From: Thermofilum pendens Hrk 5
GTDB lineage: Archaea > Thermoproteota > Thermoprotei > Thermofilales > Thermofilaceae
Direction: 5' to 3'
Length of the DNA stretch: 32,000 nt
Assembly: GCF_000015225.1 (NCBI RefSeq)
Contig: NC_008698.1
Span: 1,440,001-1,472,000, forward strand
The notes below the pieces were generated by a model, which saw only the letters and a list, made by a program, of their open reading frames with translations, was not told the origin of the DNA and did not search any database. Made by a program: the position numbers and the translations under genes. Shown piece by piece: positions 25,039-32,000 of the stretch. How positions within the stretch are numbered: position 1 is the stretch's first letter; each line of letters opens with the position of its first letter.

Positions 25039-25485
25039 ATGAGCCTGTCTATAGCCGAGAAGCTACTAGAGGAGCTTAGGCAAAGGGAGGACCTCAGAAG
25101 GGGTCTAGCGGAGGAGCTAGTCTCGGAGATCTTCGGGGACAGGAGGCTGAGGATAGCCGTGCTAACCGCTCTCTACAGAGATGTTGCCACAAAGCAGGAT
25201 TTGAAGGAGCTGAGAGAGGGGATTAGAGGGGATATCGTAAGCCGCGCCGACACCGTCGAGCAAAAAATCGGGGCGCTCGAACAAAGGTTCAACTCGCTGG
25301 AGCAAAGAATCAACCTACTGGAGCAAAAAATCGACCTAGTGGAGCGGAGAGTTGGCTCGCTGGAGCAGAGAATTGCCAGGCTCGAGGGAATGATGGGGTT
25401 ATTCGTAAAGTTGTTCATTGCATTTAACGTCCCGATACTGGTGGGTGTAGTGGGGATCCTCTTGAAGATGGCCCTCTTCCCGTAG
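25039..25485 (+). CDS. Tail-anchored coiled-coil protein with six consecutive LEQRIxx heptads
   Basis: VEQKIGA LEQRFNS LEQRINL LEQKIDL VERRVGS LEQRIAR LEG is followed by a C-terminal TM (LFVKLFIAFNVPILVGVVGILL). TATA-like TATTAATATT at 25007-25016 lies about 28 bp upstream of ATG 25039. Confidence 0.65.
   Translation: MSLSIAEKLLEELRQREDLRRGLAEELVSEIFGDRRLRIAVLTALYRDVATKQDLKELREGIRGDIVSRADTVEQKIGALEQRFNSLEQRINLLEQKIDLVERRVGSLEQRIARLEGMMGLFVKLFIAFNVPILVGVVGILLKMALFP
25255..25389 (+). repeat. In-frame 21-bp tandem repeat (6.4 units) encoding the heptad array
   Basis: Units start at 25255, 25276, 25297, 25318, 25339 and 25360, with a partial unit at 25381. The consensus is roughly cTgGAGCAaAgAATCgacctn. 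Confidence 0.8.
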
Positions 25486-25510
25486 GGCCCTCGGCGGGTA
25501 TGCGTACCCC

Positions 25511-26449
25511 TTAACGGTCGAGGCTGGCCGCAAGCTCCGCCAAGAACTTCTCGAGCTCGCCGCACGGGATCCTGGCGCCGGCCGCCTGTCTGTGTCCTCC
25601 CCCGTGCCCACCGTGCCTCGGGGCTATCCTTCTCAGCAGGGCGTTGAGGTCCACTCCGCCGGTAGACCTAAGGCTCATCACGCACGTTTCCCCTCTGCGC
25701 TCTACGGCTACGCCTACCTTCACGCCTCTCTCCACCCTCGCGTAGAAGGCCGCGGTGCCCAGGCTCCCGCCAGGGTCCATGACGTAGGCTACCTGCCCAA
25801 CGACCAGAGCCTTCTCACGAACCCTGACCCTGAGCTCCTCGTTGAGCAGGCTCTGCCTCGCCGCGAGCTCTACGAGGCTCTTCTCCCGCGACGGCACGCC
25901 GCCGCCCGCCAGGAGGTCCACGACCCTCCTCTTCGACTCGTAGTCCCTCCCCAGAGCCTCGAGAGCCAGCACGAGCACGCCGGCGTCGAAGAAGAGCGTC
26001 TTCAAGTCCCACTCCTCGAGAGCCTCCGCGACCCACGCGGTTCCCAGGGCGTGGTCGCCTATAGCGCCGTAGAGCGCCACCCTGCTCATCTCTCTGGGAG
26101 GCTTGAAGAACCTGTAGGCAAGCTCCGCCGCGCAGGGCCCCTCCTCGTGGACGACCCTCACGCCGGGTACGCGTATCTTCTCCAGCGCCTCTCCACCCGG
26201 GTGGTGGTCTACGTAGACGACCTCTGCGCCCAGCGAGCGGAGAACCTCCGCTAGCCTCGGCGCGCCGGCCTCGTCGACGGCGACGTCGAGTATGATCACG
26301 GGGCTCCTGCCCCGGGCGAACTCCTCCAGGTCCTTCGCGAGCCCCACCGGGTGCGTGAAGAAGACCTCTGCGTCCCTGTAAACGCTCTTCGCTATGGCGG
26401 CCGCCGTCACGCCGTCGGAGTCGCCGTGCGCAAGTATAACGCCCGCCAC
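25511..26449 (-). CDS. DHH/DHHA1-family phosphoesterase (RecJ-like or nanoRNase-like)
   Basis: Motifs AHGDSDG, ILDVAVD, VDHHP and GGHGGGHRQAAG (the DHHA1 GGGH motif). Confidence 0.85.
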   Translation of the reverse strand: MAGVILAHGDSDGVTAAAIAKSVYRDAEVFFTHPVGLAKDLEEFARGRSPVIILDVAVDEAGAPRLAEVLRSLGAEVVYVDHHPGGEALEKIRVPGVRVVHEEGPCAAELAYRFFKPPREMSRVALYGAIGDHALGTAWVAEALEEWDLKTLFFDAGVLVLALEALGRDYESKRRVVDLLAGGGVPSREKSLVELAARQSLLNEELRVRVREKALVVGQVAYVMDPGGSLGTAAFYARVERGVKVGVAVERRGETCVMSLRSTGGVDLNALLRRIAPRHGGHGGGHRQAAGARIPCGELEKFLAELAASLDR

Positions 26450-26494
26450 AAGAACTCTTCCTGGAGGCAGGTTTATATTCTGCTCGTCTATCTC

Positions 26495-26869
26495 GTGGGT
26501 GTGAGGGTACTGGTTCCAGCTGTTCCGAGCGGTGGGAAGTACTTAGTGTCGCCGCACTTCGGCAGGGCGCCATTCTTCGCGGTAGTCGTAGTCGAGGGTG
26601 GTTCCGCGAAGCTTGAGAGGGTGGAGAGGAATCCGGTCGCCCCGACCGTAGAGGAGGGGAGGGGGCACGCGGTCCTGGGGTTCGTCCTCTCTTTGAGGCC
26701 GGACGCGGTCGTAGTCAAGGATATAGGGGCGGGGGCTTTCTACAGGCTCCGGGAGGCCGGCGTGGAGGTCTACGCCGTTGACAGACACGTGGAGGTCGTC
26801 GAAGCGGCCTCGATGCTTGCGAGGGGCGAGCTGAGGCGGCTGGAGGCGCCCACGGAGAGCCACGGGTGA
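26495..26869 (+). CDS. NifB/NifX-family (Nitro_FeMo-Co domain) protein
   Basis: SPHFGRAPFFAVVVVE...GRGHAVLGFVLSLRPDAVVVKDIGAGAFYRLREAGVEVY is the canonical pattern. I prefer GTG 26495 or 26501, about 25 bp downstream of TTTATATT (26472-26479), over track start 26351, which overlaps the divergent DHH gene. Confidence 0.7.
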   Translation: MGVRVLVPAVPSGGKYLVSPHFGRAPFFAVVVVEGGSAKLERVERNPVAPTVEEGRGHAVLGFVLSLRPDAVVVKDIGAGAFYRLREAGVEVYAVDRHVEVVEAASMLARGELRRLEAPTESHG

Positions 26870-27270
26870 TGGTGGTGGAGGGCGAGGCGTTCTCCAGGAC
26901 TTACACCGTTCAGCGGGAGCACCTCGCTAGGCACATATCGCTGGGGGACACCGGGATACTCTCGACGCCGAACCTCGTGGCCTTCATGGAGGAGGCTAGC
27001 AGGGTGTTCCTCGACGAGAAACTCGGGAAGGACTACACGACTGTCGGTGTGAGGATAGACGTGCACCACGTAGCGCCGGCGCTGCTAGGCTCCCAGGTGG
27101 AGGTCAGAGGGAGGATCTTGAGGAGCGACGGGAGGAGGGTGACCCTGTGGATAGAGGCGTGGAGCGGGAAGACGCTGATAGGTTACGCGGTGCACGAGAG
27201 GGCCGTGGTTAAGAGGGAGGAGTACCTGGAGAGGATAAGGAGCATGCTGTCCAGCCGGGCGGGCGGCTGA
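26866..27270 (+). CDS. Hotdog-fold thioesterase, FlK-like family
   Basis: YTVQREHLA...GILSTPNLVAFMEEASRVFL...TTVGVRIDVHHVAPALLGSQVEV...GRRVTLWIEAW...VHERAVV matches the FlK-type thioesterase pattern. The start overlaps the upstream stop (GTGATG). Confidence 0.75.
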   Translation: MMVVEGEAFSRTYTVQREHLARHISLGDTGILSTPNLVAFMEEASRVFLDEKLGKDYTTVGVRIDVHHVAPALLGSQVEVRGRILRSDGRRVTLWIEAWSGKTLIGYAVHERAVVKREEYLERIRSMLSSRAGG

Positions 27271-27281
27271 GGAGAGACACC

Positions 27282-27887
27282 GTGCGGGCCGCGTATAGCT
27301 ACGTTTACGCGCTCCTACCGGCGCTACTCTGGCCCCTAGCGTTCCTCGCGTTCAGGGAGGTGTTCGTGCAGGCAATGCTTGGGGCAACGCTGGTTCTAGC
27401 AATCTCGACCGTAGCCTTTAGGCGCGGAGCCCTGAGGCTGGGCGCCGGCGCACGGGAAGTCGCGCTGGGATTGCTCGCGGCTATCCCGCTCTACCTCGTC
27501 TTCGTTGCTGGGAAGCATTTCCTCGCGGCGCTCGGGTACTTCTACGCAGTCGAGCAGGTATACTCTATGGTGCGGGAATCCGCCCGCAGAGACCTGCTCC
27601 TCGCAACCGCGCTCTGCGCGATAGGGGCTTCCGAGGAGGTCTACTGGAGGGGCGGGCTCCTCTCCTTTCTCGTGGAGCGCTTCGGCTCTACCCGCGCAGC
27701 ACTAGCGGTGATGGTGTCGTACTACACTCTAGTACACGTGTACACGCTCAACCCGGCGCTCATGCTCGGAGCGCTAGTAGTCGGCGCCTACACGGGGCTC
27801 GTTGCAACGAGGCTCGGGCTCGCGGCCGCAGTTTCTACGCACGTAGCGTGGCTCTACTTGGTGATCCTGCTCTTCCCCCTCGGCTAA
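27282..27887 (+). CDS. CPBP-family intramembrane glutamic endopeptidase (CAAX protease/Abi family)
   Basis: Motif 1 is SEEVYWRGGLL (EExxxR). His-containing helices are YYTLVHVYT and VSTHVAWLY. The protein is polytopic. It starts 11 nt downstream of the thioesterase gene. Confidence 0.75.
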   Translation: MRAAYSYVYALLPALLWPLAFLAFREVFVQAMLGATLVLAISTVAFRRGALRLGAGAREVALGLLAAIPLYLVFVAGKHFLAALGYFYAVEQVYSMVRESARRDLLLATALCAIGASEEVYWRGGLLSFLVERFGSTRAALAVMVSYYTLVHVYTLNPALMLGALVVGAYTGLVATRLGLAAAVSTHVAWLYLVILLFPLG

Positions 27888-27891
27888 CCCT

Positions 27892-27913
27892 TCGACTGTT
27901 GGCTGACAGTCGA
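27892..27913 (+). terminator. Hairpin just after the CPBP gene stop
   Basis: TCGACTGT-tggctg-ACAGTCGA has an 8-bp stem and begins 5 nt after TAA (27885-27887). No adjacent T-run is present, so its function is uncertain. Confidence 0.25.
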
Positions 27914-28100
27914 GGCTGGAAGGCGGAAAAAAGCAGGAGCCACGTGGATGTCACCTTCGTTAAGCGCAGATACTGCGGTGCGAAGCATTAAGGATCGTGG
28001 ATACACTCGCCGATCTTTCCTAGGCAAAACCTTCATGCCAGGTCAAAAACCATAAAAGGAAAGCGATTTATCGCCAGACGTCCGAAGAGGGAGTTAGGGC

Positions 28101-28943
28101 GTGCAGGGAGAGAGGTGCTACGTGTCCGTCAAGGAGAGCCTCGCCGCCGTGGCTGGGTTCGCGCTCCTACTCTTCTACGTAGCGGTCCTCCTCTTGGGAA
28201 GCTTCACTCCTCCAGCCGACCTTGTAGTATTCGCGCTAGGCGTGCTCGCCACGCTTGCTCTCCACGAGGGGATACACGTCGCCGTTGCCTACGCGTTCGG
28301 CGCCCGTGGGATAAGCGTGAAGCCCTTCCGGGCAAGCTGGATCCTCGTAGGGGTCTACGTATCGACCAAGACCAGTCTACGCAGGGACGAGTGGCTCGTA
28401 GTGGCTCTAGCACCGCTACTCGTGCTAACGCCCGCCGCCCTCGTAGCGGCTAAGACGCTGGAAGGGCTTGCGAGGGAAACTGCCGAGTTCATAGTTGTCT
28501 TCAACACTATGGGGGCTGGGGGAGACCTCTTCCTCGCCCTAGCCGTCCTCCTCTCCGCAAAAAGGGACGCCCTCATCCACGACGAGGGGGAAAGAGTGGT
28601 GTTCGAGGGGTCTTGCTCCAGGGTCGCGGCGCTGACCTCCATTGGCAAGGCTGTGCTCGCCTTTTCTGCAACCTTTTGCTGTCTCTGGCTCGGCGTCCTA
28701 GCTTTGTGCGCCTTCCTGCGGCTCGACGTCGAGGCTCTGGGAGTAAGGCTCATCGAGACGGAGAAAGCGGCGGGGTACGCCGCGAGGTTGACGAATGCGG
28801 GTCTCGCGACATTCCTGGCGGTAGCGCTGATAGCCGCGCTCCTCGTTGGGCTGGCGGAGTACAAGAAGCTGGGGAGGATGGGCGAGGCTTCGGCTAAGGC
28901 TGGAGAGAAAAAGGATAATTTTTCGGCTACCGCTTCCTCCTGA
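28101..28943 (+). CDS. Polytopic membrane protein with an HExxH motif (DUF3267 / putative zincin peptidase-like)
   Basis: LHEGIHVAVAYAFGARG...RRDEWLVVALAPLLVLT resembles the DUF3267 core. Several additional TM helices follow, and the tail is hydrophilic and Lys-rich. Confidence 0.55.
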   Translation: MQGERCYVSVKESLAAVAGFALLLFYVAVLLLGSFTPPADLVVFALGVLATLALHEGIHVAVAYAFGARGISVKPFRASWILVGVYVSTKTSLRRDEWLVVALAPLLVLTPAALVAAKTLEGLARETAEFIVVFNTMGAGGDLFLALAVLLSAKRDALIHDEGERVVFEGSCSRVAALTSIGKAVLAFSATFCCLWLGVLALCAFLRLDVEALGVRLIETEKAAGYAARLTNAGLATFLAVALIAALLVGLAEYKKLGRMGEASAKAGEKKDNFSATASS

Positions 28944-30336
28944 AGAAGTACGCGATAGCCGCGAGAACCGCAACCAGGGGTAGCGCGGCGAGTAGCCACA
29001 GCTCTGCGCCTCCCCCGCCGGGTTCCCGCAGGTTTAGCACTGGTAGCTTTTCGTAGCTCTCGCTCTCGGAGAGGAAGACTTCCGGGGCTTGCTCGGCGCA
29101 CCTAGCGATCACGGCGCCGGGGTACCTGCTGTAGGGGATCCACCTCCCGTCGTGCCAGACTAGCCTCTCGTTCCAACCCGCGAGCCCCGTCGACGCCGCC
29201 GCTACGATCGCCGATACGTCGGCGGCTTCGAGCCCCTTCACGGCGCCCGCCTCCACCAGGAGCCCTAGCTCGCGCCTCAAAGCCTCCCTCAAGGGGTCTC
29301 CGCTCAGCTCGAAAGCGGCTTCCAGCACGCGCCCCTTCGCAGAGAGCTCTAGGTCGTAGTACGAGTAGCCCAGAGCCCTCAGCAACGCGTCGACCTCCCT
29401 CCTAACCGCGTCCTCGCCGAGCCCCGAAGCCGCCACGCTGGCGTGGCACCCGGACTTGTCGAAAACAACGTAGATACTCCCGCCCCCCACCTCCTTGCGC
29501 AGAGCCTCGACGCCGCCCCTAGGCTCGCGCAGCCAGCCCAGCCCCTCCGCCGCCGAGAGGTTCGCCGGGAGCCCCCGGTACTCCACGCCCAGCACTAGCA
29601 CCGCGTCCACGTCCGCGGACGACTTCCAGCCCAGCCTCATGGAAACCTCGTACCGCCCGGGCTCCACGTCCATCGGGGCGTCGTAGCCGGGTATGATCAC
29701 CATCACCCTGTAGCACTGCTCCCCCCTAACGTAGAAGCAGGGCGCCGCCACGCTGTAGCTACGCGTACCCCTCAGCTCGACGACACCCCCTACGGAGAGG
29801 TTCGCGTAGGGCGGCGCGACGGACTCGAGCGTAGGCCTGAAGACAACCTTCGACGGCGCCCCGACTACGAGCGTCCCAAGGCTTACCTCGAGCTCCCCGG
29901 AGCCGGCGGCCAGCCTAACCGGCTTCTTGAAGCCTACGCCGCACAGGTCGGCCCCGCCCTCCACGCCGCCGGCCTTGTAGACCAGGGGCGCCTGGACGCG
30001 CACAGAGAGATACTCGGCCTTCCCGCCCGGCTCGAGGGGTTGTAGCGATACGACGACCACGAGCCTCGGGTCGTAGGAGCTCCTGTAGGCCACGCCTTTG
30101 CGCAACGCCTCCCCGAGCCACGACTCATCGACGCCTAGTAGCTCCGCGAGCCTCGACGCGTCGTAGCCCACCCCGGGCTTGTTGAGCACTACTTCGACGG
30201 CGTACCTGTCGGCCTCGGAGTAGCAAGCACCAGCGACCACTGCTAGCACCACGGACAAGACACCTGCCAGCACCAGTACACGTTTCAAGCCCGCCACCGG
30301 TATTAATGCAACGCGCACAGATATCAAGCCGCGCAT
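28927..30336 (-). CDS. Secreted or surface protein with an N-terminal signal anchor and a C-terminal TM plus basic tail
   Basis: I prefer ATG 30336 (MRGLISVRVALIPVAGLKRVLVLAGVLSVVLAVVAGAC). The track start 30564 would overlap the divergent gene and its promoter. The C-terminus is EPGGGGAELWLLAALPLVAVLAAIAYFFRRKR*. Two N-x-S/T sequons are present. No family recognised. Confidence 0.55.
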   Translation of the reverse strand: MRGLISVRVALIPVAGLKRVLVLAGVLSVVLAVVAGACYSEADRYAVEVVLNKPGVGYDASRLAELLGVDESWLGEALRKGVAYRSSYDPRLVVVVSLQPLEPGGKAEYLSVRVQAPLVYKAGGVEGGADLCGVGFKKPVRLAAGSGELEVSLGTLVVGAPSKVVFRPTLESVAPPYANLSVGGVVELRGTRSYSVAAPCFYVRGEQCYRVMVIIPGYDAPMDVEPGRYEVSMRLGWKSSADVDAVLVLGVEYRGLPANLSAAEGLGWLREPRGGVEALRKEVGGGSIYVVFDKSGCHASVAASGLGEDAVRREVDALLRALGYSYYDLELSAKGRVLEAAFELSGDPLREALRRELGLLVEAGAVKGLEAADVSAIVAAASTGLAGWNERLVWHDGRWIPYSRYPGAVIARCAEQAPEVFLSESESYEKLPVLNLREPGGGGAELWLLAALPLVAVLAAIAYFFRRKR

Positions 30337-30394
30337 TGAACGATAGGAGTCCAGGGCTCTGAACGCAGACCTTCCGGAAAACCGAACTAAAAAG

Positions 30395-30402
30395 TTTAAA
30401 TA
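30395..30402 (+). promoter_or_regulatory. TATA box for the small secreted protein gene
   Basis: TTTAAATA lies about 36 bp upstream of ATG 30438. GGGTGA (30428-30433) is a Shine-Dalgarno-like element 4 nt before the ATG. Confidence 0.5.
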
Positions 30403-30437
30403 CCCCCGCTCCCATCGGTGGTTCAAAGGGTGAAAAC

Positions 30438-31007
30438 ATGCAAGTGAAAAAGACAACCTTGGTAGCACTCCTAATAGCGCTGGCATCCACAGCCTTCGCC
30501 GTAGCCGCGGTGACGCTGACAAACATAACCGAGTGGCACATCCAGGCAGCCGGCACGCCCCCAATAGTCAAGGTAGCGGGAGCCGACGCCGGTACCGGGC
30601 TCATAAGCGTGTCGACGACCACTGCTAGCGACGGGACGAACAGGACAGTGATAACGATTAAGGGCTACACCGGGGATCCCACCCGCTACAGCGAGGTCAT
30701 AAAGATCTGCAACAAGGACACCACGAAGACCTACACCGTCAGCCTAGTATACAAGGGAGTGATAAGTAGCGGTGGCTGGAACAACTACGTCAAGTACCTA
30801 ACCCTATGGCTTGGCGGCTACCCCAGCGGGCCCTCGATAACGATAACCTCCACGACCACACCACCCGCTTCCACGGGCACCGTACAGGTCGGGCCCGGTA
30901 TTTGCGTCCCCGTATCCGCCGAGGTACTCGTAGACGCATCCACACCGCAGAGCTCCTGGAACACGGACCTCATGAGCATTCAGATCGACGTCGTATCCCA
31001 AGGGTAA
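30438..31007 (+). CDS. Small secreted beta-rich protein, a candidate surface-filament (TasA/DUF1102-like or thread-like) subunit
   Basis: Sec-type signal MQVKKTTLVALLIALASTAFA|VAAV. The mature part, about 165 aa, is rich in Thr/Ser/Val/Gly with alternating beta-like segments (RTVITIKGY, YTVSLVYKG, LMSIQIDVV). Sequons are NIT and NRT. GC content is visibly lower than in neighbouring genes, and strong expression signals flank it. Confidence 0.55.
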   Translation: MQVKKTTLVALLIALASTAFAVAAVTLTNITEWHIQAAGTPPIVKVAGADAGTGLISVSTTTASDGTNRTVITIKGYTGDPTRYSEVIKICNKDTTKTYTVSLVYKGVISSGGWNNYVKYLTLWLGGYPSGPSITITSTTTPPASTGTVQVGPGICVPVSAEVLVDASTPQSSWNTDLMSIQIDVVSQG

Positions 31008-31016
31008 AAGGAATTC

Positions 31017-31023
31017 TTTTTTT
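31017..31023 (+). terminator. T7 run immediately downstream of the small secreted protein gene
   Basis: TTTTTTT begins 10 nt after the TAA stop (31005-31007). Archaeal terminators are typically oligo-T tracts. Confidence 0.5.
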
Positions 31024-31072
31024 GAACTAAACCCTTTATATTTCTTTACCGCCTTTCTAGTAGGTGGGTGGT

Positions 31073-32000
31073 ATGGTCGTGCGGCTCAGGAAGAGGGACG
31101 TCTACCTCTACCTAGCATCGCTGCTCGTCGCCGCGTTCGCAACGCTGGTACTGCTATACCCCCTCGGCGTCCAGGCCGTGGTCGTGGGGGGCGCGCGGGA
31201 CGTCGAGGCAAAGCCCGCCGAGCTCGACGTCTACGCCTCGAATACCACCGTCTACTGCTACGGCGGAGCGCTGGAACTGAAGAACCTCGGCGCCGCGGGG
31301 CAGGCGTACCGCTTGAGGATCAGCGCCTCCCCGCCGAGGGGGCTGAGCCTCCTGGAGCTCAGGCTCAACGGTAGCGCTGTCTTCGCGCTGGGCGCTGTAA
31401 ACGCGTCGAGGGAGGTGGTCCTGCCGGCGGGCTCGTCCGCTAGGCTCGACCTCTGCGTCAAGGCTTCGAGCCCGGGCAGCGTGGAGCTGGTGTTCGTGGA
31501 TCCGGCTTACGCCAGGGCTACGGAGTCGAGGGTCAGGGTTTCCTACAGGCTTACCGACTGGTGGAACAACACGTTCCCGAGGAGGGTGGAGCTCGTGCCA
31601 GTAGTCTCGAAGCCGGGGGTGGCGCTGTTCGAGGTCACGGGGTCCGGGGAGGTCTACGTCAACGGGAGGCTCGTCAGGAGGATCTCCGGGATAGCCGGGC
31701 TCGGTAGCGACGCTTTCGCCGTTGTGTTGCGGAGGAGCGGGGCCGACTACCTGTTGCCCTACCAGGTCGAGGCTTGGACGGTGAGGGGGGACGGCGTCGC
31801 CGAGCCCTCCGGGGTTAGGCGGCCCGGGGAGGCCGTCTGGGGGGACGACAGGCTCGTCTTCGCGGCGTACCTGGAGAACGGCTCCAGGATCTACATCTAC
31901 ATGGGCGGGAGGTACCCCTGGGGTGAGGCGGGCGACGTGCAGGTCCTCGAGGGGGCCGCGCTACTCGGGGGCGAGAGGCTGAACCTGTCGAGGTGGGGCG
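31073..32000 (+). CDS. Large secreted or anchored glycoprotein-like protein with a DUF2341-like region; the C-terminus is beyond the window
   Basis: Hand translation from ATG 31073 is open to the window end (309 codons). TTTATATT (31035-31042) and GGTGGGTGG precede the ATG. The N-terminal anchor is LYLASLLVAAFATLVLLY. Six N-x-S/T sequons are present (NTT, NGS, NAS, NNT, NGS, NLS). DWWNNTFPRRVEL...LLPYQVEAW...RIYIYMGG resembles the DUF2341 pattern. It is absent from the ORF track because it is open-ended. Confidence 0.6.
   Translation, partial: MVVRLRKRDVYLYLASLLVAAFATLVLLYPLGVQAVVVGGARDVEAKPAELDVYASNTTVYCYGGALELKNLGAAGQAYRLRISASPPRGLSLLELRLNGSAVFALGAVNASREVVLPAGSSARLDLCVKASSPGSVELVFVDPAYARATESRVRVSYRLTDWWNNTFPRRVELVPVVSKPGVALFEVTGSGEVYVNGRLVRRISGIAGLGSDAFAVVLRRSGADYLLPYQVEAWTVRGDGVAEPSGVRRPGEAVWGDDRLVFAAYLENGSRIYIYMGGRYPWGEAGDVQVLEGAALLGGERLNLSRWG

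Noticed and set aside
25255-25389. Regularly spaced 21-bp repeats considered as a possible CRISPR-like or regulatory array
   Set aside because: The units are contiguous with no spacers, they are in frame, and they encode a perfect heptad coiled coil within a CDS.
25592-26573. 220-aa plus-strand and 252-aa minus-strand ORFs overlapping the DHH phosphoesterase gene
   Set aside because: The DHH frame carries all the DHH/DHHA1 motifs. The alternatives are Arg/Gly-rich low complexity and lack start-site context.
27948-28055. 35-codon ORF in the 27888-28100 intergenic region containing a twin-arginine-like YTRRSFLGK motif
   Set aside because: It is too short to be a Tat substrate, with no mature domain. 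It could be chance or a decayed gene start. There is no supporting promoter or SD context, so I do not call it.
28355-29101. 248-aa minus-strand ORF antisense to the HExxH membrane protein gene
   Set aside because: The product is Ser/Arg/Ala/Thr-rich and degenerate. It overlaps two better-supported genes on both sides.
30337-30564. 76-codon N-terminal extension of the 28927-30564 ORF
   Set aside because: The extension would run through the A/T-rich divergent promoter and overlap the start of the plus-strand gene at 30438. It encodes Arg/Cys/Leu-rich sequence. The internal ATG 30336 is followed directly by a signal-anchor.
1-32000. Search by eye for tRNA/rRNA genes, CRISPR arrays, transposases, integrases, terminal inverted repeats and C/D-box sRNAs
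   Set aside because: I saw no T-loop (GGTTCRAATCC-like) or rRNA-like stretches, no spacer-repeat arrays, no recombinase-like ORFs and no exact RUGAUGA...CUGA pairs in intergenic regions. Absence by eye is not proof, so covariance-model scans would be needed.

Overview
This is a high-GC, gene-dense archaeal chromosomal segment that looks crenarchaeal (Thermoproteota). Evidence: PaREP1-family genes, A/T-rich TATA-like boxes about 25-35 bp upstream of many starts, T-run terminators and ATGA/GTGA overlaps between genes. I found no rRNA, tRNA, CRISPR array, transposase or integrase. About 40 genes are supportable. They include a BioY-type ECF transporter module (BioY, fused double ABC ATPase, T component), an MscS-like channel, a UPF0173 metallo-hydrolase, GH3 and GH4 glycosidases, a C69 peptidase and a secreted beta-propeller protein. 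Also present are three wHTH regulators (two membrane-tethered), two PaREP1/HEPN-like genes (one frameshifted, one with an RHH-like N-terminus), an AbrB-type protein and a 5'-truncated ECF-ATPase remnant. Further genes encode a tandem DUF131 pair, a cytochrome bd oxidase of the CydA plus CydA-paralog type, a UxaE-like sugar epimerase followed by an orphan hydrogenase-maturation-type protease, and an APC permease. The last third holds a Zn-ADH, a heptad-repeat tail-anchored protein, a DHH phosphoesterase and a NifX-like/thioesterase/CPBP-protease operon with an HExxH membrane protein downstream of it. The most interesting region is the 3' end (about 27.3-32.0 kb). Two membrane proteases sit next to a divergent, lower-GC locus encoding three secreted proteins: a small, strongly signalled beta-rich protein, a large glycosylation-sequon-rich DUF2341-like protein, and a protein with a sorting-signal-like C-terminal tail. 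I read this as a candidate uncharacterised surface-filament or adhesion module. All family calls rest on motif recognition by eye and need profile or structure searches.
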